From assembly GCA_040880525.1 (NCBI GenBank), contig JBBDIG010000051.1, positions 4,221-68,220 of the forward strand: a DNA stretch of 64,000 nucleotides, written 5' to 3'. The DNA is from Bacteroidia bacterium (lineage in GTDB: Bacteria > Bacteroidota > Bacteroidia > CAILMK01 > JBBDIG01). The notes beneath the pieces were generated by a model that did not search any database, was not told where the DNA came from, and saw nothing but the letters and a program-made list of their open reading frames with translations. Position 1 is the first letter of the stretch. Each line of letters begins with the position of its first letter. Positions 9,418 through 20,643 of the stretch are shown one piece after another. The position numbers and the translations under genes were made by a program.

Positions 9418-10317
9418 ATGATGATACGATCGTGGATCGAAGCCTTCAGGCCGCATACGCTGCCGCTGGCCGTTGGGGGCATTGCGCTTGGTAATTTTAT
9501 GGGAGCTGCCAACGGGGCATTCAACGGGTGGGTTTGTGCTCTAAGCCTGCTCACTGCGATATTTCTGCAAATCCTAAGCAACCTGGCCAACGACTATGGC
9601 GATTTTATGCACGGGGCTGATAATGCCGACCGCCAGGGGCCGCAACGTGCAGTACAGACTGGGCTGATCTCGCCTGCTGCCATGAAAGCAGCCATCCTTG
9701 TGTTGGCGTTGCTCTCGTTGGTTTCCGGTGTTATCTTGCTCTGGATCAGTGCGTCCAGGATTGGCTGGATGAGCGCAGGAATAATGCTGGCACTGGGGAT
9801 AGCGGCTATCATCGCTGCGGTTACCTACACGGCAGGTGATAAACCTTATGGCTACGCTGGGCTTGGAGATATTTCGGTATTCCTGTTTTTCGGGATGCTG
9901 GCGGTTCCGGGTTCGATATTTCTGCAAAAAGGTTCGCTCTCTGCTGTTGATTTTCTTCCTGCTGCAGCTTATGGTTTGCTAAGTACGGCAGTGCTCAACG
10001 TGAATAATATGCGTGACATTGAAACGGACCGCATCGCAGGTAAACATACTATCCCCGTGAGAATAGGACGGGATGCCGCAAAAAGCTACCATTTTCTGCT
10101 GGTTGGAGGAGCGTGTTTTGCCTTGATCGTTTACTCAGTACTCATGGCGGAACATTGGGTGAACTGGTCTTATCTTCCGGTGTTTCTGCTGTTCGGTATT
10201 CATATATTAGGCATAATGAAGACCAACAGGCCGGCAGAGTTTAATCCTTACTTAAAACAACTTGCGCTTATCACTTTTGCCCTGTCTATGGTTTTTGGCG
10301 TGTGCCTTTTGTTCTGA
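9418..10317 (+). CDS. menA: 1,4-dihydroxy-2-naphthoate polyprenyltransferase (UbiA family).
   Basis: Polytopic membrane protein with LANDYGDFMHGADNADRQGPQRAVQTGLIS, the UbiA-family Asp-rich motif. Confidence 0.8.
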   Translation: MMIRSWIEAFRPHTLPLAVGGIALGNFMGAANGAFNGWVCALSLLTAIFLQILSNLANDYGDFMHGADNADRQGPQRAVQTGLISPAAMKAAILVLALLSLVSGVILLWISASRIGWMSAGIMLALGIAAIIAAVTYTAGDKPYGYAGLGDISVFLFFGMLAVPGSIFLQKGSLSAVDFLPAAAYGLLSTAVLNVNNMRDIETDRIAGKHTIPVRIGRDAAKSYHFLLVGGACFALIVYSVLMAEHWVNWSYLPVFLLFGIHILGIMKTNRPAEFNPYLKQLALITFALSMVFGVCLLF

Positions 10318-10412
10318 GCTCTTGCAGTTGATATTTCTGCGACCGGGCCGAATCCCCCAGCCCATAATTTTGAGTTAACACAATTGCTTACGTTTGCCAT
10401 TAAGGTATAATT

Positions 10413-11480
10413 ATGAAAGCTTCATTTACAAAATATACGCTCCGCTTTAAACAAGCCGCTGGCACTTCCAAAGGTGTGCTGAATGACAAAGTCTCTTACT
10501 TCATTTTTCTGGAAGAGAATGGCATAACCGGTATTGGCGAGGCTTCTCTGATTCCGGGCATCAGTCCTGACGATCCTGGAATAATGCCGGGCAAGCTGGC
10601 TGAAGTATGTCAGCACATTAACAGCGGAATCTCGCCCCTTGAGGTGGACGATCTGAATACTTTTCCTTCTATTCGCTTTGCCCTGGAAACGGCCAGGCTG
10701 GATCTGAAACATGGCGGAATGCGGCAGCTATTCTCCAGTGAGTTTGCCAGGGGAGAACAACAGCTTCCTATCAATGGCCTCATCTGGATGGCAGAACCGG
10801 ATAAAATGCTGCAACAAATACAAGACAGGATTTCAGAAGGCTTCCGCGTCATTAAAATGAAAATAGGATCCCTGGATTTTGAGCAGGAACTGAAACTGCT
10901 GAAGCAGGTTCGGAAAGAATTTTCGGCAGATGAAATTGAAATTCGCCTGGATGCGAACGGTGCATTTCAGAAAGAAGATGCGCTGAGTAAACTTAAGGAA
11001 TTATCAGAATTTAAAATTCACTCAATAGAGCAACCCATCCGGCAGGGACAATGGCAAAGTATGGCCAAACTATGCTCAGCCTCGCCTATTCCCATAGCGC
11101 TTGATGAAGAGCTGACAGGAATTATCGGCTCCGGAATGAAGCAGAAGTTGCTCCAGGCGATTCAGCCTTCATATATCATTTTGAAATTATCGCTCACGGG
11201 AGGATTCATTGCAGCGCGGGAATGGATAAAAGCAGCGGAAAAAGAGAATATTGGCTGGTGGATAACCTCCGCCCTGGAGAGCAACATCGGGCTGAACGCC
11301 ATTGCACAGTTTGCAGCCGCAAATGATGTAACGATCCCGCAGGGACTTGGAACCGGGAAATTGTTTGTCAATAATATTTCCTCTCCCCTCGAAATTAAAA
11401 ATGGCTTTTTGTACCTGAATCCAGAAGGGAGTTGGGACCTTTCCCCTGTACTCAGTTCTGAATTTCGGGAAAAACAATAG
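10413..11480 (+). CDS. menC: o-Succinylbenzoate synthase (enolase superfamily), adjacent to menA.
   Basis: Enolase-superfamily pattern: KMKIG, IRLDANGAF, IEQP, LDEEL. Its position next to menA favours MenC over a dipeptide epimerase. Confidence 0.65.
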   Translation: MKASFTKYTLRFKQAAGTSKGVLNDKVSYFIFLEENGITGIGEASLIPGISPDDPGIMPGKLAEVCQHINSGISPLEVDDLNTFPSIRFALETARLDLKHGGMRQLFSSEFARGEQQLPINGLIWMAEPDKMLQQIQDRISEGFRVIKMKIGSLDFEQELKLLKQVRKEFSADEIEIRLDANGAFQKEDALSKLKELSEFKIHSIEQPIRQGQWQSMAKLCSASPIPIALDEELTGIIGSGMKQKLLQAIQPSYIILKLSLTGGFIAAREWIKAAEKENIGWWITSALESNIGLNAIAQFAAANDVTIPQGLGTGKLFVNNISSPLEIKNGFLYLNPEGSWDLSPVLSSEFREKQ

Positions 11481-11523
11481 GTGCAGGTTCCTGTTTTAAG
11501 CTGCTCAGAAATGTGCGTATTTA

Positions 11524-12528
11524 ATGCAAGTACCTGTGCGGTATAATCTTCAATCCGGCTTTAATAGACAAAACATTAAAATGGGAGCAAACGATGCCTA
11601 CGAGCTTGTAACGGATAAACTGTACAACTGGCTGGAGACGTTGATTGCTATGCTGCCGAATTTGCTGTTGGCGGTGCTGATCATGGTCACATTCGTTTTT
11701 GTTGCCAAGTTGGTCAGGAAATTATTCGTCAGGTTGCTGGGAAAGGTGAGTCAGAATGAAAGCATTAATCAGCTTGTGGGAACCATCCTTTACATAGCTG
11801 TGATGATACTCGGCCTTTTTATCGCTCTTGGCATTCTGAATCTGGATAAAACGGTGACTTCTTTATTGGCCGGAGCCGGTATTATCGGTTTGGCGCTAGG
11901 GTTTGCATTTCAGGATATTGCGGCTAATTTCATGTCGGGTATTTTAATGGCGCTGCGAAAGCCAATTCGTATTGGAGATGTAATCGAATCAAAGGAATTT
12001 TTTGGAACCGTTCAAAGTATTAGTTTACGATCTACCGAGGTAATGACTCCACAGGGTCAAATGATCCTTATTCCAAACAAAGAGGTTTTTCAAAATGCCA
12101 TTATCAATTATTCAAAATTAGGAAAGCGAAGGATTGATCTTGAAATCGGAGTATCATATGGTGAAGACCTTGAGAAAGTAAAACAGGTGACCATCGAAGC
12201 CATCAGCAAGCTTGAAGAAGTAGACAAGGACCGCGCTGTGGAAGTGATGTACACTGGATTTGGCGATAGCTCCATTAATTTCGATGCGCGCTACTGGATC
12301 AGCTTTACCCGCCAGGTGGATTACCGCTCAGCATTGAGCAATGGCATTATGGCCGTGAAGAAGGCTTATAATGAAAATGACATCACAATACCGTTCCCTA
12401 TCAGGACCCTGGATTTTGGTATTAAAGGAGGGGAAAAGCTCAATGAAATATTGGATGCGACAGAACTCAGCAAGCAGCGTAATGGCCGTCAAATAAGTGA
12501 AGGCACCGCAAAAGGCGGGAAAGATTAA
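11524..12528 (+). CDS. Mechanosensitive ion channel (MscS family). The likely start is at 11581.
   Basis: N-terminal TM helices followed by the MscS beta-domain pattern ...[42 protein letters not shown]. Confidence 0.75.
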   Translation: MQVPVRYNLQSGFNRQNIKMGANDAYELVTDKLYNWLETLIAMLPNLLLAVLIMVTFVFVAKLVRKLFVRLLGKVSQNESINQLVGTILYIAVMILGLFIALGILNLDKTVTSLLAGAGIIGLALGFAFQDIAANFMSGILMALRKPIRIGDVIESKEFFGTVQSISLRSTEVMTPQGQMILIPNKEVFQNAIINYSKLGKRRIDLEIGVSYGEDLEKVKQVTIEAISKLEEVDKDRAVEVMYTGFGDSSINFDARYWISFTRQVDYRSALSNGIMAVKKAYNENDITIPFPIRTLDFGIKGGEKLNEILDATELSKQRNGRQISEGTAKGGKD

Positions 12529-13469
12529 TTGATAGCGTAATCCGCGTATTGAGCTTTAAAATCTTCGTAAACGCGGGTAATTCCATCCCGCAAGGAAATC
12601 TGTGCTTCAAAACCCATTTTGGTTAGCTTGCTTACGTCCAGCAGCTTTCTTGGTGTTCCGTCCGGTTTGGAGGTGTCGAATTTTAATTCACCCTCAAAAC
12701 ACACGATGTCTTTTACCAGCAGCGCCAGTTCCTTAATGGAGATGTCCTTTCCTGTACCAATATTCACGATTTCAGGCTCATTATATTTCTCCATAAGGAA
12801 TAAGCAGGCAGCCGCAAGATCATCCACGTGCAGAAATTCTCTTTTGGGGGAGCCAGTGCCCCAAATCTCAACTTCCCGGTGGTTTGCAAGTTTAGCCTCA
12901 TGAAATTTGCGGATGAGTGCAGGCAGTACATGCGAATTCTGCAGATCGTAATTGTCGTTTGGCCCGTAAAGATTGGTGGGCATCACTGAGATAAAATTGC
13001 TGCCGTACTGGTCATGATAAGCCTGGCACATTTTAATGCCGGCAATTTTTGCGATGGCATAGGCCTCGTTCGTGGGTTCCAGTTTTCCAGTGAGGAGGTA
13101 GTCCTCTTTCATAGGTTGCTCCGCAAATTTGGGATAGATGCAACTGCTTCCCAGGAACAAAAGCTTTTTCACTCCATTTTGATGGCTTTGATGGATGATG
13201 TTGTTTTGCAACTGGATATTATCATAAATAAAATCCGCCTTATAATTATTGTTGGCCATGATGCCGCCCACTTTGGCAGCCGCCAGAAATATGTATTCAG
13301 GTTTTTCAATTTCAAAGAATGTTTCTGTTGCTGCCTGGTTTCGCAGGTCTAATTCGGCTGAAGTGCGGGTGATAATATTTAAATAACCCTTCCTGTTAAG
13401 CAGCCTGACAATTGCCGAACCCACCATACCGCGATGACCTGCCACATATATACGTGCTGATTTTTCCAT
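12525..13469 (-). CDS. fcl: GDP-L-fucose synthase (GDP-4-keto-6-deoxymannose 3,5-epimerase/4-reductase).
   Basis: [24 protein letters not shown]...YGPNDNY...[15 protein letters not shown] is the Fcl/WcaG family pattern. Its start overlaps the gmd stop (TAATG). Confidence 0.85.
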   Translation of the reverse strand: MEKSARIYVAGHRGMVGSAIVRLLNRKGYLNIITRTSAELDLRNQAATETFFEIEKPEYIFLAAAKVGGIMANNNYKADFIYDNIQLQNNIIHQSHQNGVKKLLFLGSSCIYPKFAEQPMKEDYLLTGKLEPTNEAYAIAKIAGIKMCQAYHDQYGSNFISVMPTNLYGPNDNYDLQNSHVLPALIRKFHEAKLANHREVEIWGTGSPKREFLHVDDLAAACLFLMEKYNEPEIVNIGTGKDISIKELALLVKDIVCFEGELKFDTSKPDGTPRKLLDVSKLTKMGFEAQISLRDGITRVYEDFKAQYADYAIN

Positions 13470-14614
13470 TATTCAAAATAATTAAGCGTTTGATATCCTC
13501 CTTTTTCGAGGTACTTCTCTCTTTTCATCACTTCCAGGTCAGCATGTACCATTTCCTTTACCAGGGCCTTCAATTCATATTTCGGTTTCCAGCCGAGTTT
13601 TTCATTTGCTTTTGTGGCATCTCCAATGAGCAGTTCCACTTCGGTAGGACGAAAATATCGCGGGTCAATGCTCACCACTTCCATTCCCCGTTTTAGCTCT
13701 GTATCTGTCAGGCCTAGATGTTCCAGCCTTTCTGTATCAACATCGCTGACGTATCCTTTTTCTGCTACGCCTTCTCCTGAGAACTCAATGGTGAAACCCA
13801 GTTCGCCAAAAGTCATGGCTACGAAATCGCGAACCGAAGTGGTTTTTCCAGTGGCAATTACGAAGTCTTCCGCCTCCTCCTGTTGCAGCATCAGCCACAT
13901 GGCTTCCACGTAGTCTTTTGCGTGGCCCCAATCCCTCTTTGCACTCAGGTTTCCCAGGAAAACAGTCTCCTGTAATCCCAGCGCTATGCGGGCTGCTGCG
14001 CGTGTGATTTTACGCGTCACGAAAGTTTCACCACGAATAGGAGATTCATGGTTGAAGAGAATGCCGTTGGCTGCGAACATTCCATAAGCTTCGCGATAAT
14101 TTACCACGATCCAGTATGCGTAAAGTTTTGCAACGGCATAAGGCGAGCGCGGATAAAAAGGAGTGTTCTCCGTCTGAGGAATTTCCCTGACTTTGCCATA
14201 CAACTCAGAGGTAGAGGCCTGGTAAAACTTCGTTTTATCACTTAGCCCCAGCATTCTTACGGCTTCCAGCAGGCGCAATGTTCCTACGGCATCGGCATTG
14301 GCTGTATATTCCGGTGTCTCAAAACTCACGTGAACGTGGGACATGGCGGCCAGGTTATATATTTCGTCAGGCCTCACTTCCTGCACGATGCGGATCAGGT
14401 TGGTAGAGTCAGTGAGATCGCCATAGTGCAATTTAAAGCGAACCGATTTTTCATGAGGGTCCTGATATAGATGGTCAATACGCTCGGTATTGAATAAGGA
14501 ACTGCGCCTTTTTATGCCATGAACTTCATAACCTTTATTCAGCAGCAGTTCGGCAAGATAGGCTCCGTCCTGGCCGGTTACGCCAGTAATTAAAGCAACT
14601 TTGGATTTACTCAT
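13469..14614 (-). CDS. gmd: GDP-mannose 4,6-dehydratase. The ORF track extends to 14686, but the true start is probably [11 protein letters not shown].
   Basis: [44 protein letters not shown] is the canonical Gmd N-terminus. Confidence 0.85.
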   Translation of the reverse strand: MSKSKVALITGVTGQDGAYLAELLLNKGYEVHGIKRRSSLFNTERIDHLYQDPHEKSVRFKLHYGDLTDSTNLIRIVQEVRPDEIYNLAAMSHVHVSFETPEYTANADAVGTLRLLEAVRMLGLSDKTKFYQASTSELYGKVREIPQTENTPFYPRSPYAVAKLYAYWIVVNYREAYGMFAANGILFNHESPIRGETFVTRKITRAAARIALGLQETVFLGNLSAKRDWGHAKDYVEAMWLMLQQEEAEDFVIATGKTTSVRDFVAMTFGELGFTIEFSGEGVAEKGYVSDVDTERLEHLGLTDTELKRGMEVVSIDPRYFRPTEVELLIGDATKANEKLGWKPKYELKALVKEMVHADLEVMKREKYLEKGGYQTLNYFE

Positions 14615-14800
14615 TAAAATTGGTTGGATTTGGGACGCAAAGATATAAATGTAATGCTGGCTTTTCAACTGGAGAACGATCTGCATGAGTGCTCACTGTG
14701 CAGGGTGGGATTCTCCAGTTAGCTTCTTCAGATGGCAAGAAAAATCAGGGTTGATCCTGGGATCCTTATTTAGAATAAATCCTATCCTGATCCATTTCTG

Positions 14801-15739
14801 CTATCTCAACTGGAAGTTGAAGTGCATGGTGCCGAATTGTTCTTCGGGTGTGGTGGAGCTTCCGGGTGAGAACCTGGTTTCTTTGGCGGCCTTTTCAGCG
14901 AGTTGCCACAGGCGGGTGTCAGTGGTGGTGCTGCCTCTTAAAATGGCTTTTGCGGAGAGCACATTGCCTTGCTTATCCACTTTAATTTCCACTGCCACAA
15001 TTCCTCTCACCTGGGTTTCGTCATTGATTTTCGGAGCTTTTACCATTTTGCGGCCTGTAAGGCTGAAGTTGATGCCTTCGCCTCCGAGTTCACTGCTTCC
15101 GCTGGCTCCTTTCTGATCGCTTTCCTTGCTGCCATCAGGATCGCCCGGTTTGTCGGGTCTGTTACCGGATCCGCCCTCGCCTGATTTCTGACCGGGAAAC
15201 TCAAATGCCGGATTGGACTCTCTGGGAGGTTTTTTCGGCTGTTCATCCACTTGCTTATCTGATTCAGAAGTCGTCTCCTCCGGATTATCAGAAGGTTTTA
15301 TCACTTCCTTTGTTACCTCGTTAGGCTGCTTTTCTTCCGGTTTTTTTTCTTCCGGTTTTATTACGGGCGCATCTTCCACATCCTGGGTTACAATGTCTTC
15401 TATAGGTTCCGGAACTGCATCTTCCACAGGTTGCTGAGATGCCTGCTCCGGCTGTACCTGCTCATCCTCAATTTCCTGCGATTCGGAAACGGCAGGTGCA
15501 TCATCAGGCACTGGATTATCGCCCATGCTTTCGTTACCGAACTGCACTAAATATCCCTGCTCTGCGGGAAGCGGCAGAGGTGTAGTGAGTCCAATAAAAA
15601 GAAAGAGGATTAAGAGTGAAGCATAAAAGGCTGCGGTGATAATGGCAGAAGTCCTTTTATTTTTCTTTTCTAATTGTTGTTCTTCCTCTGTTACAATTGA
15701 ATTCCGTGAAGTTTGCATCTGTATTAATAATTGAATCAA
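14801..15739 (-). CDS. tonB: Energy transducer TonB (Pro/Glu-rich spacer and a C-terminal TonB domain).
   Basis: TM anchor, then a long PEP/EK-rich region, then a C-terminal ~90-aa TonB-C-like domain. Sits downstream of exbB and exbD. Confidence 0.75.
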   Translation of the reverse strand: MIQLLIQMQTSRNSIVTEEEQQLEKKNKRTSAIITAAFYASLLILFLFIGLTTPLPLPAEQGYLVQFGNESMGDNPVPDDAPAVSESQEIEDEQVQPEQASQQPVEDAVPEPIEDIVTQDVEDAPVIKPEEKKPEEKQPNEVTKEVIKPSDNPEETTSESDKQVDEQPKKPPRESNPAFEFPGQKSGEGGSGNRPDKPGDPDGSKESDQKGASGSSELGGEGINFSLTGRKMVKAPKINDETQVRGIVAVEIKVDKQGNVLSAKAILRGSTTTDTRLWQLAEKAAKETRFSPGSSTTPEEQFGTMHFNFQLR

Positions 15740-15857
15740 TTATTTTCTTAAAACGATGAATCTGCAAAAATGATGTAACAGGGCGCTAAATTCCATAATT
15801 CAGAAAAAAGGAAAACGAAATTTATAGGTTTGAAACAAACAGGAGTTGCGGAAGAGA

Positions 15858-16259
15858 TTACTCAGGCTCCGTTGCCAGAATGACTTTGGCGTTTAGTTCA
15901 TTCGCCATTACCATCACTTTCACCACATAATCAATGGGTACGCTCTTATCGGCATTTACCACAATGGCCGGTTCTGCCGGAGCCGGAATTGCAGCAAGAT
16001 CCTGCCGCATCTTGTTTTTAAGCGACTCCAGCGGGACCTTCTCATTGTCTATTATATATTCCAGATCAGGTGTAATATTTACGGTTACGTTCTGGGGAGT
16101 CATTGTAGTGCCGGTTGCCTTTGGCAGAAGAAGTTTCAGCGCATTGGGCGTAACAAATGACGAGGTCAGCATAAAAAAAATGAGCAGCAGAAAAATAATA
16201 TCTGTCAAAGATGCCATGCTGAATTCGGCCCTGACCCTCGATCTTTTTTTAATAGCCAT
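15858..16259 (-). CDS. exbD: Biopolymer transport protein ExbD/TolR.
   Basis: MAIKKRSRVRAEFSMASLTDIIFLLLIFFMLTSSF is the ExbD N-terminus. Confidence 0.8.
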   Translation of the reverse strand: MAIKKRSRVRAEFSMASLTDIIFLLLIFFMLTSSFVTPNALKLLLPKATGTTMTPQNVTVNITPDLEYIIDNEKVPLESLKNKMRQDLAAIPAPAEPAIVVNADKSVPIDYVVKVMVMANELNAKVILATEPE

Positions 16260-16261
16260 CG

Positions 16262-16939
16262 CTAAGCAGGTTCGTGAAGAATGTCTATAAACTCAACGGT
16301 AACGCCTTCCATACGGAAAACGACTTTCTCGATCATAGCCGTCAACAGGTTGTAGCCGATATATGCAATGATGCCCACGGCCAGTCCCGTTGCTGTGGTA
16401 ATGAGGGCTTCATATATACCCCCGGCCAGCATGCCCGGATCAATGTTGTTGCCCGCATTGGCAAGATTGTAAAATGCGCGGATCATCCCGGTTACGGTAC
16501 CCAAAAATCCGATCATAGGCGCAGCACCAGAGATGGTAGCCAGTGTGGCCAGATTCTTTTCGAGTTTGAATACCTCCAGGTTTGCTGCATTTTCTATGGA
16601 GGCTGCAATATCTTTTAACGGATTCCCGATACGCGTCAGCCCTTTCATGATCATTCGTGATGAAGGCGTATTGTGCTGGCGGCAAAGGTCTATGGCACCT
16701 TCAATATTGCCATTCACCACCATGTCGCGGATTTTATTCATGAAGTTCTGCTCCATTTCTCCGGCCTTTTTGATGGTGAGATACCGCTCTATAAAAATAT
16801 AGACGGCAGCAATAGCCAGGATGAAGATCGGGATCATCAGCCAGCCGCCTTTCAGCAGCAATTCAAAAAGAGGTAAGGTTTCTTCGCCACTCTGGCCGAT
16901 TGCAGAAGTGTCTATCTGCAGGATAAGTTTGTAGATCAT
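16262..16939 (-). CDS. exbB: MotA/TolQ/ExbB proton-channel protein.
   Basis: Three TM helices and the MotA/ExbB pattern ...GTVTGMIRAFYNLANAG... It lies directly upstream of exbD and tonB. Confidence 0.8.
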   Translation of the reverse strand: MIYKLILQIDTSAIGQSGEETLPLFELLLKGGWLMIPIFILAIAAVYIFIERYLTIKKAGEMEQNFMNKIRDMVVNGNIEGAIDLCRQHNTPSSRMIMKGLTRIGNPLKDIAASIENAANLEVFKLEKNLATLATISGAAPMIGFLGTVTGMIRAFYNLANAGNNIDPGMLAGGIYEALITTATGLAVGIIAYIGYNLLTAMIEKVVFRMEGVTVEFIDILHEPA

Positions 16940-16940
16940 T

Positions 16941-18014
16941 CTAGTTTATTAGTATCCAGGCGCTGGAATTTTCCTTTTGCCTGATAATGCTCAGGAGGCT
17001 GTCTGCTTCTTTGGCCTTGCTGGTTTTTGTTATAGAAACTCTGAAATGCCCGAAGTCAGTATTAATAATGCCGGGCGTATAACCTTTACGCTCCAGCGAC
17101 CGTACCAATTTTTCAGCATTTCGCTGGCGGGAAAAGGAACCTCCAATAATATAATACACGTCTTCTTCCAATACGGGTGCGGTTTCAGTCAATAGATCCG
17201 GTTCATCAACCAAAGGATCTGAATTTTCCAAACCTGTCATCTGTGGTTCATCAGAAAGGGTCTCATCATTCACGATCCTATTGTCTGGCTGTGGTTCGGG
17301 GGCGTCTGAAATTATTGGGCGGCTTTCTTCCGTACTTGGTTGTTCATCTTGAATGGCGCCTTCGGTATCATTCGTTCTTCCGGTAAAAAATCCGCTTAGG
17401 TTTTCCTGAATGTCAGGTTTTGTGAAAATGAGATAGCCGCCAACCAATAAAAAAAAACCAATAAAAATAATGGCTGCCGCCATGGCCCAACCCCATTTGC
17501 GCTTGCGATCCCCCGTGGGGGCTTCTATCGTTGCTGCATTTTGCAGGTGCTGGCTTATATCGGTCTTTTGTCGTTCTACGGGAATGGCCTCCACTTCTTC
17601 CATTCCAAAAGAATCCAGCAAAAGATTTGGCGCTTTGGGATCCGGCAAAAAATAGATGTTCCCTTCGTCATTCAGCGTGCAGGTTCCTATTTCCTGCAGA
17701 TATACCTTTCCTTCGTTTTGAAGCATTTCCCTCCATCCTGCCACTTGCTTTGATACCTGCTCCTCTGCTTCTGCGTAAGTGTATCCGTTTATTTTGGCAA
17801 TGTGGTTAATCAACAATCCATCGCTTGCCTGAAGCGCTTCATTGAAGGCAATTTTTTTGGATGGAGCAGTGATAACCTGGCGGGTTTTTATAAGCCGGGC
17901 AGGTTGATAGTGGGTTAAAAACCCGCCCAAACCTGGCACTACTACGCAGTTATTTTCCTGTAAAAGGAACCTGATATGATTCTCAAGATGCACTATTGAG
18001 GCGATTTTTGGCAA
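16941..18014 (-). CDS. HU-like N-terminal domain / SPOR C-terminal domain protein. It has a TM segment and binds peptidoglycan.
   Basis: N-terminus ...VVPGLGGFLTHYQPARL is HU-fold-like. C-terminus DVYYIIGGSFSRQRNAEKLVRSLERKGYTPGII...FRVSI is a SPOR domain. Confidence 0.6.
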   Translation of the reverse strand: MPKIASIVHLENHIRFLLQENNCVVVPGLGGFLTHYQPARLIKTRQVITAPSKKIAFNEALQASDGLLINHIAKINGYTYAEAEEQVSKQVAGWREMLQNEGKVYLQEIGTCTLNDEGNIYFLPDPKAPNLLLDSFGMEEVEAIPVERQKTDISQHLQNAATIEAPTGDRKRKWGWAMAAAIIFIGFFLLVGGYLIFTKPDIQENLSGFFTGRTNDTEGAIQDEQPSTEESRPIISDAPEPQPDNRIVNDETLSDEPQMTGLENSDPLVDEPDLLTETAPVLEEDVYYIIGGSFSRQRNAEKLVRSLERKGYTPGIINTDFGHFRVSITKTSKAKEADSLLSIIRQKENSSAWILIN

Positions 18015-18255
18015 AGATTAAAAATTTTAACTGAAAGGTTCTACAGAAGTTTTGCGCAAGCTGTGGAGAGGGCAAAATGAAGGAACCTGAAGAAAAATGT
18101 TGGGATCAGCAATTTAAGGTTGTGAATCTGCCAAAGATAGCAGTAAATATACATAGGTGTTTTTTTCAAAAAAATAATGCACAAAATGCCAAACTACGTG
18201 TTTATAAGTAACAAACACGAATTTTCCTTAGTCACTCATTAAAACAGTTAGAACA

Positions 18256-19092
18256 ATGGCAAAGCACAATTTTGATCGTACACAGGGATGGTCAGGCAAG
18301 GAAGCCAATGATCGTTCTAAGAAGCAGTTTGGACCAAAGCGCGATGAGCGTATATATGATAGCTTTGAAGGAAGCAGCATGAAACACGGAGAAGAGAATG
18401 ATAAGCATCCCTCTATTGCCCCCGGAAAATACGGCAGGCAGGAATATGGCACGAATAACTTGCCCGTCAATGCACGAAAAGACAGCGAGAGTGATGGCGC
18501 ACGCTATCACTGGGGTGATGCTTCCTCTCCCGTGGAGAACCATGGCCGGCCCGACCGGTATGGAAACTCGTCAGAAATGCAAAAGCCCCATGAACAAAGT
18601 GGTTCCGCAGAATCCGAAGGAGACCGTGATCGCGGAATTTCTGAAAAAGGGGAGGATCGTAGTGAACCTGATGAACGATTCCAGCGGCCTGCCGACAATT
18701 ATGAGCGTTACGAAGGCTGGCCGGTAAACCAGGGAGGCTATTCGGAGCAGGATTTCTGGCAGAATGAGCCGCCCAGGAATAGCTGGCAAAAGCAGGAAGA
18801 TCAGGAGGGCAGCCAGGAGCGATACTACGAAGGGCAGCCGCAAACCGGGAGGTCTATGGGCCATACGCATCAGGACTACAGCCAGAACTGGAATCAGAAC
18901 CGGGAAAATTATCCTTCCAGTGCTGAGCGCCAATACCCGCAGTATGAGAAGCATCGCGAATCGGAAATAAACACGGGCCAGGAAGAAAGCGCATCCAAGC
19001 CCGGAAATATTCCGGTTGATGAAAAGAAAGCGAAAGACGACAGGAGAAGCAGGAATGCGAAAAATGGATCGGACAAAGCTAAACCGCGCTGA
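18256..19092 (+). CDS. Hypothetical intrinsically disordered, highly charged protein.
   Basis: 278 aa dominated by E/R/Q/N/G/S/D, with scattered W/Y (YEGWPVNQGGYSEQDFWQNEPPRNSWQ). No hydrophobic core segments. Confidence 0.45.
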   Translation: MAKHNFDRTQGWSGKEANDRSKKQFGPKRDERIYDSFEGSSMKHGEENDKHPSIAPGKYGRQEYGTNNLPVNARKDSESDGARYHWGDASSPVENHGRPDRYGNSSEMQKPHEQSGSAESEGDRDRGISEKGEDRSEPDERFQRPADNYERYEGWPVNQGGYSEQDFWQNEPPRNSWQKQEDQEGSQERYYEGQPQTGRSMGHTHQDYSQNWNQNRENYPSSAERQYPQYEKHRESEINTGQEESASKPGNIPVDEKKAKDDRRSRNAKNGSDKAKPR

Positions 19093-19284
19093 TTATTTTG
19101 CGGAAAATGATAATTTTTGTTTTTAAATAGGAGAGTCTGGCCTTCAGTCAGGCTATTTGCTTTTATATCAGGGTCGTTGTAATATTTAATATCCCAAAAC
19201 CGGCTTTTACAGCATTAAGAAGTGTTTTAACTTTTTGTTTATAAGAGCGTTGTAATTGCTGCTGTTCTTTTAAAGCCGAACCCA

Positions 19285-20346
19285 ATGCAACTTTTCCTTG
19301 ATGCCCATAGGCTACCCCAATCTCTTGCAAAATCAGCAAGCTTTTTTACATCTGATAAATATCACAGTGAGAAGAAAACCTCTCTTTCCCTGAAGCAAAA
19401 GCATGGGCAAGGGGAAGTTCGTGCAATTGCTTTTGATGGCGATATTGCATTCATTCAGCTTTCTATGAAGTTGAAAGAGCCAATGGACCTGCTTTTGGAC
19501 TACAAGGATAACAACCTGCTCTGTTTCAGCTTCTGCCTGCAGGGGAAATTCAGCTTCAAAACCGAGGGTGCTCATTCTGCAGAAATTTTGGTTACACCCC
19601 TTGATAGCTGCATAAATTCAAAAACGGCAGCACAACCCATTCATTTTATTTTCCCGGCTGCCAGGGAAGTTAAATGCGTGATGGTGATCGTGGACCGGGT
19701 GAAACTGATGAAAAAGGCTGAAGCTGAAATGGACGCGCTGCCTGCTTCGCTTCAACCTTTTTTTTTGCAGGACCATGACCATCCGGGGTTTTTCAGGCAA
19801 TTGGGTAAAAACAGTGAGATCGCCCGAATCACAAATGAAATTTTTACCTCAGATGGAAACATGCTTTCCGAGTATCTTGCCTTGGAGGCGGCCGTGCTTC
19901 AACTGGTAGCATGGCAGATGAAACAGTTGGAGGCAGAAGAGAATGGACAGAACAACCAGCGTAATATGATCCGCTATGACTGGGAGCGCATTATGGAAGC
20001 GCGAGATGAATTGGTACATGATATCAGGAATCCTCCCACCATCAAAGAGTTATCCCGAAAGGTTGGGATCAATGAAAATAAGCTTAAAAAGGGATTCAAA
20101 AAGGTCTTTTACATTACGCTTTATCAATACCTTATTATTGCCCGGTTTAAATTAGCAAAAGAGCTTTTGGAAGAGGGTAGACTAAATATTTCGCAAATCG
20201 CAGAACGGGTAGGCTACAACAACAAGAGCCACTTTTCCAATAAGTTCAAGCGAATTTATGGCGTGCTTCCTAAGGATTTCGTTAAGGGCGTCCAAGCTGA
20301 AAAGCGCGATAACGGGCATTTCATCACGATTGGTCCAGGCGGCTAA
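19285..20346 (+). CDS. AraC-family transcriptional regulator. The start may be downstream of 19285.
   Basis: C-terminal dual HTH: ...ISQIAERVGYNNKSHFSNKFKRIYGVLPKDF. Confidence 0.75.
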   Translation: MQLFLDAHRLPQSLAKSASFFTSDKYHSEKKTSLSLKQKHGQGEVRAIAFDGDIAFIQLSMKLKEPMDLLLDYKDNNLLCFSFCLQGKFSFKTEGAHSAEILVTPLDSCINSKTAAQPIHFIFPAAREVKCVMVIVDRVKLMKKAEAEMDALPASLQPFFLQDHDHPGFFRQLGKNSEIARITNEIFTSDGNMLSEYLALEAAVLQLVAWQMKQLEAEENGQNNQRNMIRYDWERIMEARDELVHDIRNPPTIKELSRKVGINENKLKKGFKKVFYITLYQYLIIARFKLAKELLEEGRLNISQIAERVGYNNKSHFSNKFKRIYGVLPKDFVKGVQAEKRDNGHFITIGPGG

Positions 20347-20412
20347 AATTCGTTTTAGGTTAGTCTCAGTCCTTTTGAAAATGAAAATTGCAGGATCGGC
20401 TCTCTACATTTG

Positions 20413-20490
20413 TACCTCAACCGCCCCTGGTGATTATCCCGGTTACTTGCCACTTTCCACACTTCCTTTTCCAGGGGCGGTTTTTTTCTC
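20413..20490 (+). terminator. Long-stem terminator after the AraC gene.
   Basis: CCGCCCCTGG ... CCAGGGGCGG is a 10-bp stem followed by TTTTTTT. Confidence 0.5.
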
Positions 20491-20643
20491 ATCCTCTTTC
20501 AGGCGCTCTGCCATCACTCTCACCTGTTCATCCCCCATTTCTTCCCGGTCGGGCATTGTTATTTTTCAATACATCATTACCGGGTAATATTTGTATCGTG
20601 AAAGAACAAAAGCACTTTCAGGTAAAATAAAAAATAATCAAAA

